Assembly: GCA_977017575.1 (NCBI GenBank)
Contig: CDRNVI010000178.1
Coordinates: forward strand, 62,001-126,000
Source: Paramoeba atlantica
Lineage: Eukaryota; Protista; Discosea
DNA length: 64,000 nt
Direction: 5' to 3'
Below the pieces are notes generated by a model. The model ran no database searches, was not told the origin of the DNA, and saw nothing but the letters and a program-made list of their open reading frames with translations. Made by a program: the position numbers and the translations under genes. Positions 59,968-64,000 of this stretch are shown here, in pieces. Within the stretch, counting starts at the first letter, position 1; each line of letters starts with the position of its first letter.

Positions 59968-62052
59968 GAACGTGGCTAAATCCAAATGGGGCTTTTGCTT
60001 TTTTGCGTTTTTTTTTTGATTTTTTTGTATTTTCTTTTTTTTTTTTTTTTTTTTTGTTTGTGTTTGACCTGACTGTGAACTGTTTTGATGAGTGAACTAC
60101 CGAGAAAACACACAAAGTGTCTTGTCTGTTTGGGTGACTGGAGTGATCGTCATTATCAGTTGGAAAAACAGAAATTTGATGACTTGAACCCTGATCAGGT
60201 ATGAAAAAGTAAAGCTCACCTAAACCCTGTCCAAACTGCTTTTTTAGTCCACCATTTTATCTTGAGAAGTGGTGGACTGAGAGACCTTTGTCAAAGGCAC
60301 ATTAAGGAGTTTGCAGCAATTGGAAAGAGTGCACTCCAGAGGATCGAACAAAAGCACAGAAAACCTGTCAATTTTACACTGCCTGTCTTTGACCACCCAC
60401 CAGCCCTGAAACCACATAGAATTACTCCACCTTCAGTGGTCAACCATGTCAAGGAGTGGTTAGAGGAGATAAGTGCTCCTGATCCCCAAAGTGATGGTGG
60501 GAGAGTGATTTTTGCAAACCTCCCTTCCTATAAAAAGATATATCGACAGTATCAAAGAGATAACCCAAAAGATTCCGAGAACTACATCTGTTGGGAAACC
60601 TGGTGAACAATACGCCTCAACTTTTTCCCTTCCATCAGGGTTTTTGTTTCTGAGATTTTTCATTTTTTTTTTGATTCACTTTTTTTATTTTTGAATCATA
60701 TCTCCAGAAACAAAAACCAACAAAGGCTGTTTGTGACATTTGTTGCAAGTATTGGGTGGAAGAAGACTCTTACCATCAATGGCTTGGCCATACTGTGGAT
60801 CAGGACTCTGGCGATAGTCAAAGGAGGATTGGAGAGTTTGCAGCCCTCACAGAATCCTGGAAACAACACTGCCAACAAGCAATGGAGGAGTATTCCTATT
60901 ACATGCTAGTGAAGAGTACTTCATTAGGAGGTGGTATGTCACATTACCTCATGATTTCCATCGATGCGATGGAGCAAATCCAGCTCCCACAATTCCGAAA
61001 CCGAATGCCAAAAGTTTTTTCTTTTTTTTCCTCTTTGCCAAACGAAAGATTATTATTTCCCTTTTTGGTAATATCAAAAGAATCTTATCAGATATTCTTA
61101 TAAGAATCTTTACAGACTGCCTATTTTAGGTGAAAGTTTGCTGTCACACCTTTGGGAATTCTGAATGAAGAAAAGAAAACTGGTGTTGTTTATCTCTTTG
61201 ATGGACGTTGTGGACCCACATCATCAAACCACATCATCTCGATCCTTGACCTCTACATTCAATCTCAAGATTTAAGTCAAAAGAAATGTCTCTATATCAC
61301 CTTTGATAACTGTGTGGTCAATAAGAATCAGTGGGTTGTTGCTTATTTTGCTTTTTTGATCGAGAGACAGATTTTTCAGCAGGTCCAGTGGGGTTTTCCA
61401 GTTGCTGGTCATACAAAATTTGGACCTGATACAATGTTTGGGTGGCTTTCCAATCATCTCCGCCAATATGATTTGTACAAGGTTGAAGATATTGTCTTGA
61501 GAATCAATCAACCCAACACCCCAACCAGGTACACTGGGAAAATTGCCTATCCTCAACATCTTTATGACTGGCAGTCCTTTCTAAATCCTTTAGTAAAAGC
61601 GATTTCTGGGATAACAAAATTGCACCAGATGTGAACTTATCAATCACCCTCAAATTTTACGAATTTTCAATCAGTTGTTGTGGAAGCAAAAGATTGGTCG
61701 GGTGATCACAACTGGAAAAGATTGAACATCCAAAAGAGTCCCTTTCCTCCAATTGAGACCCTTCTTCCTTTATAGCTTGTCCCCCTATCAAAAAAGAAGC
61801 ATGATGATTTGATTTTCCTTGAAAACTATGTTCCATCCCACCACCTCACTTACACACACAATTGATAACTTTTTTCATTCTTTATTTTTGATTCTTCTTC
61901 TCTTCTCTTTCCTTTCCTTTCTTCTCTTGAGAGAGCCTGTGATCTTCGTCTCTTGTCCCACAAACTTTTTCAGAATAAAAACATTTTCCCCAAACCCAAC
62001 CAGATTTTTAGCACTCTTTTTCGAAAAGCCCCATTTGGATTTAGCCACATTC
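59968..62052 (+). mobile_element. Sola-like DDE DNA transposon, 2085 bp, 29-bp TIRs, 4-bp TSD AGTT, intron-containing transposase (about 60100-61800)
   Basis: TIR GAA(C/T)GTGGCTAAATCCAAATGGGGCTTTT at both ends. AGTT at 59964-59967 and 62053-62056. Transposase motifs ISIDAMEQ, ITFDNC..NKN and PVAGHTKFGPDTMFG. Superfamily assignment is inference. Confidence 0.85.
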
Positions 62053-63651
62053 AGTTGCTCCATTTGATTGTTTTGCAACAAAAGCAGATTGAATCAAGGA
62101 CTGAGAAGAAGAAATGAGAGCAGAAACACAACAAGAGTAAACAGAAATATTGATTTTATTCATTTTCATCTTCCAAGCATTGATTTTTTGAACAAAAGTG
62201 TTGAAATTCACCTTGGCTTGTTGTCCCACAGCACTTTGGTTCGCCGGGTTTGTATTGCAACCTTTCACAATGTGATTGGTGGCACCACAACAAAAACAGG
62301 CTTTAGCCAGAGGGGTGGGAGGATCTTCCCATCCAGGGTAATTTCAAAATTGGTTGCACGTTTGAGGAGAAGGAATTAGGGGACTATAGCAAGGAGGGCC
62401 ATTTCCTTGTCTTCCTTGGCGAGGAGGGACAACATTTCCTTGTTGATTAGGATTGGTAGCAGGGTTATTCTTCTTCTGAAAAGCAACATAAGCAGCAGCA
62501 TTCTCCTTCATCTTCAAGGCTTGTTTCTTCTTATTGGCACTTGAGCGACTACCTTTGATTTGTTTTAATTTCAAGAAAGCAGATTCCACAGTCCACTCTC
62601 CCACTCTAAGCAATCCTTGAAAGGCTTCCCAACATTGTTGCAGCATGGAATCTCAAATGTAATCCAATTTCTTGTTCATTGGTATTGGTTTCCCTTTCAA
62701 CGCTTCAACGTGAAGAAATAACTTCTTCAGTCTCAACTCAAAACTAGAAATTGTTTCATTTTCTCTGATACAACAATCCTCTAACTTACTTTTCACTTCC
62801 TTTACATTGTGAACAATCACAGTACTCAGATTTAAGATTAATGTGTCCCAAATAAGTTTTGGTGTTCTTCTCTTCAAATCACTGAGATACCCCTTTGCTT
62901 GACCAACACACACCTTATTCAGTAAGTTTGTGAGATTCATTTGATTGTCCATATGGTCATTGAAACATCTTTGGTTGATTTGCTGTTTGTACTCCAATTT
63001 CTCTTTATGTCTCACCTCCAACTCCTTTCTTTCTGCCAAGATTCTTTTCTTCTCAGCTTCTTCCATTTTTTCTGTAACCTCCTCCAGCTCTTCCTCAAAC
63101 TTGATTAGAACAGGTTCACCTGTAGGAACTTTGTCAAGGAATAGATGATGCACAAGGTTCTGAGTGCTGAGCCAAATGAGTGTTTCTTTCTGCCAGAGCA
63201 TGAATTCAATGGTGGATTCACCTTTGAGTTCATTAATCTCAAGTGCACCCTTCCACATCTTGTTCTTTGGTTCAAACTCTGGCCAATCTACTACTCTGTA
63301 ATCATCTTCCATAGTTGAGGATGTGGTGAACATAAAAGAGTGAGAAAGAAAAGCAAGAAACAGTGACAGGAGAAGACAGGCAAGAAAAACTGAGAAAACC
63401 ACACAGAATCATGAAAACACATGATTAAAACAAACAGAAAGACAGGCAAAAGGAATGAGAGAGCAAGAGCAATAAAAAGGAAATTGAGTGAAGTTGTTGA
63501 ATGAATGAGAGAATGGGTGTGAACAAGCAAAAACAAAAAAACAAAAATGAAAAACAAAAAACAGAAAATAAAACAAAAATAAAACAAAAAATAAAACAAA
63601 AAAAGGTGTAAAACACTGAAGTTCTACTGATGACAAGATCAGGCAGAGAGC

Positions 63652-63665
63652 CTAGACTCTTAATC
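63652..63665 (-). promoter_or_regulatory. Primer-binding site complementary to the tRNA-Lys(CUU) anticodon arm
   Basis: + strand reads CTAGACTCTTAATC, directly abutting the 5' LTR end at 63666. Confidence 0.8.
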
Positions 63666-64000
63666 TGTCAAGTGGTGGGGTTTGGTGAAAGAAGATTGCT
63701 GAGAAAAGAAAAGAAAGATGCAAACTTCATTCCATGGTGAGAGCCAGGAACGTGAAAAAAACAAAGTCTCTCACACGTTTATTTATGAACAGGTTTCAAG
63801 CACATATTTATCAATGTAACACCAAGTGCAAAAACAGAGAAACACACACAAATAAAAGCACATGTAAGAGACACAAAGACACAACAAGTTTAAGGAAGGG
63901 AACAACAGATGATGTCAGCACAAATAAATTCACAGGCTGAAAGATCAGAAAATGGAGAATAAACTATGCAATCAAATTGGGTCTGAAATAGAGCAAAGGT

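Larger units (their letters stand above)
50666..64000 (-). mobile_element. Ty1/copia element, interrupted and degenerate: 3' LTR 50666-~51158, RT 51159-52645, IN/PR 58212-59967, gag 62057-63402, PBS 63652-63665, 5' LTR 63666 to beyond 64000
   Basis: LTR direct repeat at an offset of about 13 kb. RT: NKALYG, TVVDD, GDVPSAY. IN: CTACELAK, IIQCDGAQEF, FWDYA, IRPFGC. PR: ADSACS. gag knuckle: CFCCGATNHIVKGC. Order gag-PR-IN-RT. No RNase H found. Confidence 0.9.

Noticed and set aside
47137-62700. In-frame TGA as a reassigned codon (Trp/Sec) or programmed readthrough
   Set aside because: Host genes end normally at TGA (1818, 10394, 11877, 17542, 22824, 27293). The TGAs in TEs mostly sit at Arg positions, consistent with CGA>TGA decay.
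63652-63665. Reading this PBS as a decayed tRNA-iMet half site (GGTTATGAGCCCAG)
   Set aside because: That reading needs 4 mismatches, whereas the tRNA-Lys(CUU) arm reading fits the anticodon loop exactly.

Overview
Eukaryotic genomic DNA: AT-rich, standard code, short GT-AG introns; a protist, and amoebozoan-like by inference only. It splits sharply at about 43.2 kb. Left part (1-42.7 kb): about 23 tightly packed genes. These are SNW1 (3' end), endosulfine, a WAC-DDT-WHIM chromatin factor, a 1712-aa SH3-RasGEF-RapGAP-RhoGAP-Prx-SAM protein with apparently dead catalytic sites, a divergent Sar1, a Rho/Ras-like GTPase, a DH-C2 RhoGEF, a CAMK kinase, WDR53, a SUN protein, CK1, SERRATE/ARS2, LSM6, a bacterial-like Asp-box propeller gene, ALDH22 and a TPR protein. 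It also holds four ankyrin-repeat paralogues in an inverted array (28.4-36.1 kb). Each ankyrin repeat is one phase-0 exon, and variation concentrates at the residues randomised in engineered DARPins. Right part (43.2-64 kb): a CpG-depleted island of nested transposons. A copia element sits inside a chromovirus remnant and itself contains a full gypsy/chromovirus (TG..CT LTRs, TSD GTAAG) and a Sola-like DNA transposon (TSD AGTT). Nearby are a gag-only LTR element with CG..CG termini (TSD TGATT) and a solo LTR (TSD GATTG). Two elements have primer-binding sites matching tRNA anticodon arms (Arg-UCU, Lys-CUU). Domain calls come from motif recognition by eye; no database searches were run. Multi-exon spans are start-to-stop estimates.
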